Source: Vicinamibacteria bacterium
Lineage (GTDB): Bacteria; Acidobacteriota; Vicinamibacteria; Marinacidobacterales; Marinacidobacteraceae
Length of the DNA: 64,000 bases
Reading direction: 5' to 3'
NCBI GenBank assembly: GCA_963668695.2
Contig: CAXXLQ010000004.1
Span: 2,368,001 to 2,432,000 of the forward strand
Of the stretch, positions 49,541 through 58,088 are shown piece after piece. A model generated the notes under the pieces. The model ran no database searches. It saw nothing but the letters and a program-made list of their open reading frames with translations, and had not been told where the DNA came from. The position numbers and the translations under genes are program-made. How positions within the stretch are numbered: position 1 is the first letter of the stretch; every line of letters begins with the position of its first letter.

Positions 49541-50752
49541 ATGGACGTTACGCGCCGCGAGTTCATTGGCAACGTTTCTGCTGCTGCCGTCATGACCCAG
49601 CCGGGATCGGCGAGCCCGGTCGTGGTCGATGACGATCCGCTTGGCGTTCGGGGCGACTTCCCGGTGGTCGAGGAGGGCGTCTATCTCGACTCCGCGTACA
49701 TCGCGCCTTCACCGATCCCGGCGGTGGAAGCCGTCCGAGCATTTCTCGACGCGAAGACCCGGAGTCCAGTGAGCCTGGGAGCCATGGTGGAGGAGGCTGA
49801 CGCCGTGCGGCGCAAGTTCGCCCGGCTCATCGGCGCCACCGAACCGGAGATCGGATTGCTCTATTCCACCAGCGACGGGGAAAACATCGTGGCCGGGTCG
49901 CTCGACCTCGGCCCCGGCGACAACGTCGTGATCGACGATCTTCACTTCCAGACCACGTACGTCCTCTACCAGCACCTCGCCGAAACCAAGGGAGTCGAGA
50001 TTCGCGTCGTGCCCTCCCTTGATGGAGGCGTGCCGGTGGACGCGTTCGCGGATCGCATCGACGGACGCACCCGGGTTGTCTCTGTGGCCTGGGTCTCCAA
50101 CCAAAACGGCTACCGCCACGACCTCGCGGCCCTCGCCCAACTGGCCCACGCCCATGGCACGTACCTGTACGCCGACGCAATCCAGGGGATCGGGAGCTTG
50201 GATCTGGACGTGAAAGAGGTCGGCATCGACTTCCTTACCGCGGGAACCTACAAGTGGTTGCTTGCCGGGCATGGCGTGGCCCCCCTCTATGTCCGGGAAG
50301 AACTCCTGGATCTCGTGGTCCCCGATCGCTACGGGCACCTCCACGTATCGGAGACGCTTGGCGAGTACCGCTACCGGCTGCATGACGACGCGCGAAAGTA
50401 TGGGTACGCGTCCATGGCCTTTGAATCGGTCTACCAGCTGAGCGCGGCCCTCGATTACCTGCTCCGGATAGGCGTGAAGGACATCGAGCGGCACACGGTG
50501 GGTCTGGCCCACCGCCTCCACGAAGGGCTCACTGCCCAGGGGATGGCCGTCTGGACCCCATCCGGCAACCAGTCCGCCATCGTCACCTTCGAGCACGGCC
50601 GGGACGTCGAGACGGTCCGGCGCTCTCTCGATGAGGCGCGGATCAAGCTGAGCTTCAGGGACGGCGGTGCGAAGCTCCGGGCGTCGGTGGCGCTCTTCAA
50701 CACGGCCGAAGAGATCGACCTGCTGCTGGATGTGAGCAGGGGGTGGGTCTAG
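49541..50752 (+). CDS. Aminotransferase class V / cysteine desulfurase-like PLP enzyme
   Basis: YLDSA, ADAIQGIG, GTYKWLL, ALFNT; SD GGAGG. Confidence 0.88.
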   Translation: MDVTRREFIGNVSAAAVMTQPGSASPVVVDDDPLGVRGDFPVVEEGVYLDSAYIAPSPIPAVEAVRAFLDAKTRSPVSLGAMVEEADAVRRKFARLIGATEPEIGLLYSTSDGENIVAGSLDLGPGDNVVIDDLHFQTTYVLYQHLAETKGVEIRVVPSLDGGVPVDAFADRIDGRTRVVSVAWVSNQNGYRHDLAALAQLAHAHGTYLYADAIQGIGSLDLDVKEVGIDFLTAGTYKWLLAGHGVAPLYVREELLDLVVPDRYGHLHVSETLGEYRYRLHDDARKYGYASMAFESVYQLSAALDYLLRIGVKDIERHTVGLAHRLHEGLTAQGMAVWTPSGNQSAIVTFEHGRDVETVRRSLDEARIKLSFRDGGAKLRASVALFNTAEEIDLLLDVSRGWV

Positions 50753-50771
50753 GAGATGCGTTGGACGGCCT

Positions 50772-50812
50772 GAACGCCGACCTTCAGCCAGTTCTCCCGG
50801 TGGGGGCCGGCT
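50772..50812. repeat. REP-D hairpin carrying an 18-mer
   Basis: GAACGCCGACCTTCAG[CCAGTTCTCCCGGTGGGG]GCCGGC. Confidence 0.65.
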
Positions 50813-50878
50813 TCACCCGTCAACGGCGGTCGAAACTCGCATTCCGTTCGCCCGCACGGTCTGCTCAACCCTTCCTGC

Positions 50879-51331
50879 TCAGCCCTTCGCCCGGAGCTTC
50901 GCCGCGATGAACGCCGGATGCTCCACATGCAGCAGGGTCGCGACCTGGCGGATGACGTGCTCTTCCTCCCCGGCGAGCCACCCGTCCGCGAAGGCGACGC
51001 GGAACAGCAACTCGATGATCGTCGCCTTGTGCTCCTTCGCGAGGCTCCGGTCCACCAACCGGGTGAACTCGTAGAGCGAGATCGCCTCGGCGGACCGCCG
51101 GCCGGCTACCGCGACGATCTCCGCCGTCTCCTCCGGCGTCAGTGCGAAGGCCGATTCGAGGCTCCGGACGATCTCCCGAGTCTCCCGTTCGTCCACGTCA
51201 TGGTCGGCCGCCGAAACTTCGACAAGCAGCACCGCCGTCGCGATCTGCACGTCCCGCGGCGAGGGCGGTGGGGGAGGGGAGTGCTCGGGGCGGCGTCGCC
51301 CGCCGCTCACCAAGTCGCTGATCCAACCCAT
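50879..51331 (-). CDS. TerB-family protein
   Basis: ATAVLLVEVSAAD, SLYEFTR, VAFADG, EEHVIR. Confidence 0.85.
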   Translation of the reverse strand: MGWISDLVSGGRRRPEHSPPPPPSPRDVQIATAVLLVEVSAADHDVDERETREIVRSLESAFALTPEETAEIVAVAGRRSAEAISLYEFTRLVDRSLAKEHKATIIELLFRVAFADGWLAGEEEHVIRQVATLLHVEHPAFIAAKLRAKG

Positions 51332-51756
51332 CACGAACCTCCGGCCTGCTCGGTTGGCGTCGCGCTCACGACCGCAACACCCTCGCGGACAGCGGCCCGC
51401 AAGAGCGCCTGATCCAGTGTTGCCAGGGGTGCGGCGCGACGTTTCGCCAGTTCGAGATAAAGCGCGTCGTAGAAGGAAAGATCGCAACTGCGGGCGAGCG
51501 ACAGGACGGCCCCCAAGTCTGGGTCCTGGTCCGTTGTGGTCTTGAGTTCGGCAAGGGCCCGGAGCCGGGGCCCGGTCTCCGAAGCGTCCAGCCGGCCTCG
51601 TCTTTCCGCGACCAGCAGAGCGTTACGCACCTCAAAGTGCCACAGCACGGGAACCAAAGCCTGTTCGGTCTCGAGCCGCTCCATTGTGGCGCGGATTACC
51701 GGCCCCTGTTCGGCCAGGAGCCGGGCGACGGCGATAGAGGCGTCGACGACGACCAA
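51331..51756 (-). CDS. VapC/PIN toxin
   Basis: VVDASIA, VPVLWHFEVRNAL, LSFYDALYLELA, LATLD. Confidence 0.9.
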   Translation of the reverse strand: MVVVDASIAVARLLAEQGPVIRATMERLETEQALVPVLWHFEVRNALLVAERRGRLDASETGPRLRALAELKTTTDQDPDLGAVLSLARSCDLSFYDALYLELAKRRAAPLATLDQALLRAAVREGVAVVSATPTEQAGGS

Positions 51757-51758
51757 GT

Positions 51759-52010
51759 TCAGAAACGGCGCCCATCGTGGCGGGCGGCGAGGATCTCCTC
51801 AACCGTCATACGGCTGGGTTTCCACCCGGCGGCTGCGGCCCGGAATCGCGCGACACCATCGCTGCATGCCTCGCGTTCGGCGTCGCCGGCCGGAACGAGG
51901 TAGGCCACGACTTTGCCGTTACGGCTGATCGCGATTCGCTCCCCGTTTTCGGCGGTGCGGAGGAACTCGGCAAAACGGGCCTTGGCTTCCGTGGATTGGA
52001 TCTGACGCAT
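51759..52010 (-). CDS. Phd/YefM antitoxin
   Basis: EAKARFAEFL...GERIAISRNGKVVAYLVP. Confidence 0.88.
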   Translation of the reverse strand: MRQIQSTEAKARFAEFLRTAENGERIAISRNGKVVAYLVPAGDAEREACSDGVARFRAAAAGWKPSRMTVEEILAARHDGRRF

Positions 52011-52111
52011 ACTTCTGACCCGTCATTATAACCGGATATGTTCCGCAACATCTCATTGGCAGGCGCGGTCCGCGCCAGTCGTGGCGGGACGGTTCGACGC
52101 CCCGACGCGAA

Positions 52112-53692
52112 CTACGAGACCACCGCCGGGCGCCGCGAGCGCCACACCCAGAGCCCGAAGGCGCCGAGGCCGAAGAACATGACGAGGAGAGTGACCATCC
52201 CGCCGATGACCGGAACTTCCACGGCCAACACGAGGATCCCGAGGCCGAGGGCGATCCGCCCGATCCGCTGGACGTTCGTGGAAGCCAGCCCGAGGATCGC
52301 CTGGCCGATCACCATGGCCGCCACCACCCGCGCGGCGAAGAGCAGGAAGAGGTAGAGCGCTCCGACCGCGAAGGCGATCGGCAGCCCGATGAAGGTGATC
52401 GCGAGCAGGATCGCCGCAAAGGGGAGCCCCACGAACAGCAACAGACCGACGAGCAGCGGGGCGATGGGCCTCCCCCCGATGGCGGCCATCGCGCCGAGCG
52501 GCCCGGAGGCGAGCAGCACGAGAACGAGCCCGAGCGCAATTCCCATCCCCCAGCGGGTCGCGAGGCTCATGGCGGTGTCCCAGGCGCTCTCCTCTTCCGG
52601 TTCGGGTTCGGACCACTCCACGGAGGACGCTCCCGGCTCGCGCTCGGGTTCCGACGGTCCGGTGTAATCGGCCGATCCGCCGATCCTGGCCCCGGGTCCG
52701 AGATGGAGTTCCTCCCCGTGGTACTTGAGGTTCCCCTCGATGGCCGCATCCACCTCCAGCCTGCTCCCTCCGGCAAGCACGGAACCGCCGACGGGTCCTG
52801 CGACGGTGAGCCGATCGCCGGCCATCATGACGCTGCCTCCCACCGAGGCTCCGGGAAGGATGGACAGCCGCCCCCCCGCTACGGCTAGACCGCGACCCAG
52901 TTCGCCGCCGATGCGTACCGTCTGGGCCGCTCCCCGCAGGCTGAGGCCGACGCTCCCGTCAATGACCACTTCGTTGCCGAAGGCGAACACGTCACCGTCC
53001 ACCCGCCCGCTGACGACGAGGGAGCGGCCGGCGAAATAGAGATCTCCGTGCACCGTGCCCTGGATGACTGCTTCCTCGCACAGGAGCAGCAGGTCGTCGT
53101 TCACCACCTGCTCCGGGGCGACCCGGCATCCCGGGGCGTCCCCGGTGACGACCTCGAGGGCCTCGGCGGGGGCGCTGAGGGCGCCGAAAGTGGGAAGCAG
53201 CGCGGCCAGCAGCAGCGGCAGGACGCCGGCGCGGGAGCGGCGGATGGCGTTCGAGGCCAGGGCAATACCGAAGAGGGTCATGAGGACGATGCCTCCGTAG
53301 GCAATCTGAAGTCCGAGCTGCTGTACGTCCAGCAGGGAGAGAAGGCGGAAACCGAGATCCGAGAACACGGGAAGGGCGTCCGGCATCGGCGTCTCAGCCG
53401 CCGCTTCCTCGATTCCCAGGAAGACCCGGCGAAAGGCGACGAGTCCCAGCGAGAGGACGAGGCCGGCGGCGACGACCCAGCCGAGTTCGTGGGAGACCTC
53501 GCGCCGTGAGGATGTCTCCGGGGCGGCGGCCGCCCGCAGGACGTCGCTTTCGCGGCGGAGGCCTTCGTAGAGGCGGTGGCACGGGAAGCAGCGGGTGAGG
53601 TGGGAGCGTGCCGCGGCCGCTTCGGGGCGGGGCAGCTCTTCGTCCAGCAGGGCGAGGAGCTGGAGTTCCGAGAAGTGCTCGACGGTGGCCAT
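52112..53692 (-). CDS. Zinc-finger (HxxxCxxC) anti-sigma factor fused to beta-helix/bactofilin-like repeats and TM domain
   Basis: HLTRCFPC; G-x-V-x-G-D/S repeats; ~5 C-terminal TM helices. Confidence 0.75.
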   Translation of the reverse strand: MATVEHFSELQLLALLDEELPRPEAAAARSHLTRCFPCHRLYEGLRRESDVLRAAAAPETSSRREVSHELGWVVAAGLVLSLGLVAFRRVFLGIEEAAAETPMPDALPVFSDLGFRLLSLLDVQQLGLQIAYGGIVLMTLFGIALASNAIRRSRAGVLPLLLAALLPTFGALSAPAEALEVVTGDAPGCRVAPEQVVNDDLLLLCEEAVIQGTVHGDLYFAGRSLVVSGRVDGDVFAFGNEVVIDGSVGLSLRGAAQTVRIGGELGRGLAVAGGRLSILPGASVGGSVMMAGDRLTVAGPVGGSVLAGGSRLEVDAAIEGNLKYHGEELHLGPGARIGGSADYTGPSEPEREPGASSVEWSEPEPEEESAWDTAMSLATRWGMGIALGLVLVLLASGPLGAMAAIGGRPIAPLLVGLLLFVGLPFAAILLAITFIGLPIAFAVGALYLFLLFAARVVAAMVIGQAILGLASTNVQRIGRIALGLGILVLAVEVPVIGGMVTLLVMFFGLGAFGLWVWRSRRPAVVS

Positions 53693-54318
53693 CAGACGAC
53701 CTCCTCTCCGGCGATTCCCTCTCCGGTGAGTTGGTCCCGCATCCGGCGGCGGCCGCGGAGCAGCAGTACCCCCACGTTCGTGCGGGTGATCCCGAGGGTG
53801 TCGGCGATCTCCTGGTAGCTGAGCCCCGCGCCGTAGCGCAGGGTGAGCGCGAAGCGCTGCCGGAGCGGTAGCCCGGAGAGCGCCTCGCGGACCCGCTCGC
53901 GGCGTTCGGCGGTGATCAGCCGGTCGAGCGGGCTCGGGGAATCGGACGCCAGTTGGGTCGCGCCTTCGTCGTCCAGGGGTTCGGAGCGACGGTTCTTGCG
54001 CGCCTCGTCCCAGCACCGATTGGCCGCAATCCGGAACAGCCAGGGCCCAAGGGGGCGCGAAGCATCGAAAGAATCCAACCGGAAGCGGGTCTTCATCATG
54101 ATCTCGCCGGCGAGGTCCTCGCCCGAGTCGCCGGGCAGCGTTCGGCGGCAAAACGCGAGCACCTGGGGATGGAAGTGTTCGTAGAGGGCGCCCCAGGCGT
54201 CCTGGGCGGCAGCCTGGTCGTCATCCTGTCCGCCGGCCGGCCTCTGCCGGTCGGCTTCCTGGCATACGCGGACAAGCCGTGCGATTTCCTGATCGTGGAG
54301 CATCCCTCCGTTTGTCAT
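53692..54318 (-). CDS. ECF sigma-70 factor
   Basis: WLFRIAANRCWD, LSYQEIADTLG; overlaps the anti-sigma start. Confidence 0.9.
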   Translation of the reverse strand: MTNGGMLHDQEIARLVRVCQEADRQRPAGGQDDDQAAAQDAWGALYEHFHPQVLAFCRRTLPGDSGEDLAGEIMMKTRFRLDSFDASRPLGPWLFRIAANRCWDEARKNRRSEPLDDEGATQLASDSPSPLDRLITAERRERVREALSGLPLRQRFALTLRYGAGLSYQEIADTLGITRTNVGVLLLRGRRRMRDQLTGEGIAGEEVV

Positions 54319-54504
54319 ACGTCCTGGCTGCCCTGGAAGTTACAGCGCAGGCGGAACAGCCGAGCCCTCCCGATGTGACCCTTCTTCCGCGTCGGGGCAG
54401 GTTTCCAGGTTGCGCGCTCTTCCGAGACGTTTCGCCGTCCGCTTCGCCCTGACCCTGGCGCTCGTCCTGGCGGAGGCCGCGGAGACGCGCCCGAAACGGG
54501 CGAA

Positions 54505-55251
54505 TCAGCGATGGCGAAGCGCGAAATCGGCCCAGACGCCGAAGTGGTCGGACATGGGCTCGTTCCGGTCGTTTCGCTCGGGCCAGATTCCGATGGGGCC
54601 CGTCCGCTTCAGATCCTGCGTGTGCGCGATGTGGTCGACGGCCCGTCCCCGCGCACCGGGGAGGTCCCCGGCGGTTCCGATCTCCAATCCCTCGAAAGCG
54701 CGGAGCAGCGCCTGGTGGATCCTCTGGGGTGTCCGAGCCCGCGGAATCCGCTGATTGAAGTCTCCCAGGACGACGGTGCGCTGCGCGGCGCTCCGATACG
54801 GGAGCCCTGCGAACGCCTCAAGCCAACGTTGGTGGTCCTGCCAGCGTCTCCGGTCTTTTCGGCCGGTGCCGACGTGAGCCCCGTCCCAGGGAATGCAAAC
54901 GCCGACGACGGCGAGCGGACCGCTGGCGGTCTCGGTGACGCCCTTGACGAAGCGCCCGCCCGGGAGATCCTCCGAACCGAGGGAATCCAGCTCGGTCCAC
55001 GGCGATCGGCTCCAGAGAACTACCTTCCTGCGACCTTCGCGCGGCAGGGAATACCCCCAGTTGGTGCCGGCATCAATGATGTGGCCTTCCCCGGGAAGCA
55101 GACCTGCCGATCCTTCCGTGACGCACAGGATGTCGCAGCCGGGGACGGCGAGGGAGGTGCTGACGCGAGCGCCCCTGGCGCTGCCGGGCACGGCCCACTG
55201 GGTGTTCCAGGTACCGAGGCGGACGCTGGCCAGCTCGGTGATCTTCGTCAT
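54505..55251 (-). CDS. Endonuclease/exonuclease/phosphatase family protein
   Basis: TWN, LGDFN, VDHI, MSDHFGV. Confidence 0.85.
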   Translation of the reverse strand: MTKITELASVRLGTWNTQWAVPGSARGARVSTSLAVPGCDILCVTEGSAGLLPGEGHIIDAGTNWGYSLPREGRRKVVLWSRSPWTELDSLGSEDLPGGRFVKGVTETASGPLAVVGVCIPWDGAHVGTGRKDRRRWQDHQRWLEAFAGLPYRSAAQRTVVLGDFNQRIPRARTPQRIHQALLRAFEGLEIGTAGDLPGARGRAVDHIAHTQDLKRTGPIGIWPERNDRNEPMSDHFGVWADFALRHR

Positions 55252-55332
55252 CTGCGCGGCGGGGAACTCTACCGGGCTGTGGAGAGACCCGCGCGCTCGT
55301 TTCGCCCGCTCCCGGCGGGCGACGCCGGCTGG

Positions 55333-55894
55333 CTAGCGGCTGGAGGCAGACAGCGTGGGCCAGGCGCCGCGCACGGAGCCCCAGTGGCGAGCGAGCGTCC
55401 GAAATCCATTCGACGACGGATCCGGAGTGGCCGGGTGTCCCTCGGTGTCGAGGTAGAGGCAGCCGACCTCGGCGGCCGGAAGTTCCGCCACGAGCCTTCG
55501 CGCTCGCTCGACTGCCGCCAGCCAACGTCGTTTGAGGACGCCGAGGTCGAGCGGTTTTCGGAGCGCCAGCCGGTCGAGATCCCCCTGGGTATAGGCCGCA
55601 TGCCGCGCCGCCTGCTCCAGCAGGAAGTCCGGGGTAACAGCCTGTGGTGGAACCCGGGTGAGCGCCGAGGCCGGCCAGTTCTCCCGGTGGGGGCGAGGCG
55701 CCCGGCTGACAAGGCGCGTGAGGGAGGAATACCTAGTGTATTTCGACCGAAACGCAACGATGAGCGGCGCGAAGCGACGCGGTTCAGCCGGGATGGATCG
55801 CCGGCCGAGCCCCCACCGGGAGAACTGGGCCGCGTGGGTTTTGCCACAGGCTGATAAGGCGCAGCACCTCCGCCTGGGCGGAACTCAGCGGCAT
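55333..55894 (-). pseudogene. Probable AbiEii-like nucleotidyltransferase gene disrupted by a MITE, centre missing
   Basis: ATG 55894 gives MPLSSAQAEVLRLI; after the MITE, TPDFLLEQAARH...GCLYLD...HWGSVRGAWP ends at a stop at 55333. Confidence 0.5.
55638..55853. mobile_element. MITE family A with two 18-mers
   Basis: TIRs, TA flanks; 18-mers at 55675-55692 and 55811-55828. Confidence 0.85.
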
Positions 55895-56157
55895 AGCCGC
55901 GCCGCGGTGATGAACCCTCTCCGGCCGCCGTGTTGCCGCAGACCCCGGACGATCTCCGGGACGTCGTCGAGGGTGACGGCCAGGTCGGGGCGAAGGTGCC
56001 AGAAGCACTGGGCGTGGAACGTGCGGAACGCTCGCCGGGCCTCGCGGACCCGCACCATGTCGCGGGCTTGGGCGGACGACAGTTTGCGGCGGCTGCGAAC
56101 CCCGCCCTTGCGGCCAATCCGGGAGAAGTACTCCCGGAGCGCGGCGGGCAGGTCCAT
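55885..56157 (-). CDS. Small basic protein, putative antitoxin partner
   Basis: 90 aa, overlaps the start of the downstream gene; palindrome AACATAAGC-G-GCTTACGTT and -10 TAAAAT upstream. Confidence 0.65.
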   Translation of the reverse strand: MDLPAALREYFSRIGRKGGVRSRRKLSSAQARDMVRVREARRAFRTFHAQCFWHLRPDLAVTLDDVPEIVRGLRQHGGRRGFITAARLCR

Positions 56158-56211
56158 GGTGGTATTTTAACATAAGCGGCTTACGTTTCTGCCGGTTGTT
56201 TCAGTCGTTAA

Positions 56212-56427
56212 CAGCCTGTGGTGAAACCCACGTGAGCGCCGAGGTTGGCCAGTTCTCCCGGTGGGGGCGAGGCGCCCGGCTGACAAGGCGCGTGAGGGAG
56301 GAGCCCCCACCGGGAGAACTGGCCCGGGTGTATTTCGACCGAAACGCAACGCAGAACGCAGCGAAGCGGAGTGGTTCAGCCGGGATGGATCGCCGGTCGA
56401 ACGCCGCGTGGGTTTTGCCACAGGCTG
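56212..56427. mobile_element. MITE family A with two 18-mers
   Basis: TIRs; 18-mers at 56249-56266 and 56305-56322. Confidence 0.85.
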
Positions 56428-56429
56428 TT

Positions 56430-56576
56430 CAGGTGGACGCGCCTGCCACGATCGTCGCCAGGATGGACACCCGGCTCGAACGGCTCGAGAACCAGCAGTC
56501 GCGCCTGATCCGGGGCGTCCTCGGGCTGCAGGCCGCGCTTGCGGTGGCCATCATCACGCTCCTGCTCCGGTCCTGA
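56430..56576 (+). pseudogene. Possible C-terminal remnant of a coiled-coil/TM protein
   Basis: RMDTRLERLENQQSRLIRGVLGLQAALAVAIITLLLRS directly after the MITE. Confidence 0.35.
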
Positions 56577-56750
56577 TCCGGGGGACTCTCCCCCGGAGAC
56601 TTTTTCCAGGTCGCGCACTATCCATCCGGGTAGCGGACGCGGTTTCGCGGCCCGGAGGCCGCGATGCCGACCTGGAGGTCGGCGGTTCCTTACGCCAACT
56701 CTGGCCCGCGGTCCCTCCGTAGTCCGTCCCCGTCTCCTAGAATCCCGGCG

Positions 56751-58088
56751 ATGCGTGTCCTGCACCGGAAGCTGCTTGTTGTCGGAGCGGTCGTCCTGGC
56801 GGTCGTTCCGGTGCTGTTCGGGGTCCGGCTCCTCGATCGGATGGCGCTGGCCTATACGACCGGGCTGCGGCGGAGCCCGGACAGCCCGGGCTTCGGGGGC
56901 GTCATGCCGCCGGCCGACGGTCCGCCGCCGGGAGTTGCGTTCATCGGCTTTTCGCGGCCCGCGGAAAGCGGCGAAGGCTTTGTCATGCGGCGGGTCACCG
57001 CCCAGGGCCGGGAGGCGGGACTGCGGGACGGGGACCGGGTCACCGCAGTGGACGGGGTGGTGTATCGCGATGCGCGAGCCGCGATGGGTGGTCTCATCAG
57101 CACCCGGACTGCGGGAGAGACGGTGGAACTCCGGGTCGTGCGAGGAGGATCGGATCGCACGCTTCAACTCCGGCTGTCGCGCTACGTCCGCCATCCCGGC
57201 GACCTCGGACTGCCCTACGAAGAGGTCTCGCTGGCCTCGGGAAGCGGCCACGTCCTTCGGGGCTGGTGGATCCCGCCGCCCGCGGACAGCGACGGGCGGG
57301 CGGTGGTGTGGGTGCACGGCGCCCATTCGTCGCGCTATCAGGCACTCGACCACGGGGCCGAATTCCTGCAGGAGCGGGGCTACGGGATCCTGACGATGGA
57401 TCTCTCCGGCCGCGGCTCGAGCGGCGGCGAATACATCACCTACACCTGGAACGAACGCCACGATGTGCGCTCGGCGGTGCGCTACCTGCGCTCGCGGCCG
57501 GACACCGACGAATCCCGGGTGGTGGTCTTCGGAACTTCGAACGGCGCCGCGTCCGCGATTTATGCCGCCGCCGAACTGGGCGATCTTCCGGCGCTCGCGC
57601 TCGATGCCCCCTACGCCGACCTCTGGCGGGCCGCGGGTTCGATGCTGGAGATGCGGGGAGGGGTGCCGGCGCTCCGCGGGCCGCTCTCGCTCTTCGTCTG
57701 GGCGCGGACGGGTCTCCGCATCCGGGAAGTCCGGCCCATCGAAGTGATCGCCGAGATCCCCGGGCCGGTGCTCTTCCTGCACGGCGACCGCGACCGCCAG
57801 GTGCCCCCGGAGCACAGCCTGGAGCTCCACGAGGCCCGGCTCGCGGCCGGGCTTCCCTCGAGGCGCTGGGTGCTCCCGGGCGGGGAGCACGGCTTCGATG
57901 ACTACCCCCCGCCCGGGATCCTCTGGAATCGGGTCGCCGATTTCTTCGACGATGCGCTCGGCGGCCGCCCGGCGGGCCGGGAACTGGGCGGGCCGGTGCC
58001 CGACACCCTCGACAATCCGCAGTGGACCGGCGGCGCCAACGCTCCAGCGAACGGAACGAACGGAAATGGTCGCGGAGGAGCGCGGTGA
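56751..58088 (+). CDS. Membrane-anchored PDZ + alpha/beta hydrolase
   Basis: AGLRDGDRVTAVDG (PDZ); VHG, GTSNG, HGDRD, GEH. Confidence 0.85.
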   Translation: MRVLHRKLLVVGAVVLAVVPVLFGVRLLDRMALAYTTGLRRSPDSPGFGGVMPPADGPPPGVAFIGFSRPAESGEGFVMRRVTAQGREAGLRDGDRVTAVDGVVYRDARAAMGGLISTRTAGETVELRVVRGGSDRTLQLRLSRYVRHPGDLGLPYEEVSLASGSGHVLRGWWIPPPADSDGRAVVWVHGAHSSRYQALDHGAEFLQERGYGILTMDLSGRGSSGGEYITYTWNERHDVRSAVRYLRSRPDTDESRVVVFGTSNGAASAIYAAAELGDLPALALDAPYADLWRAAGSMLEMRGGVPALRGPLSLFVWARTGLRIREVRPIEVIAEIPGPVLFLHGDRDRQVPPEHSLELHEARLAAGLPSRRWVLPGGEHGFDDYPPPGILWNRVADFFDDALGGRPAGRELGGPVPDTLDNPQWTGGANAPANGTNGNGRGGAR

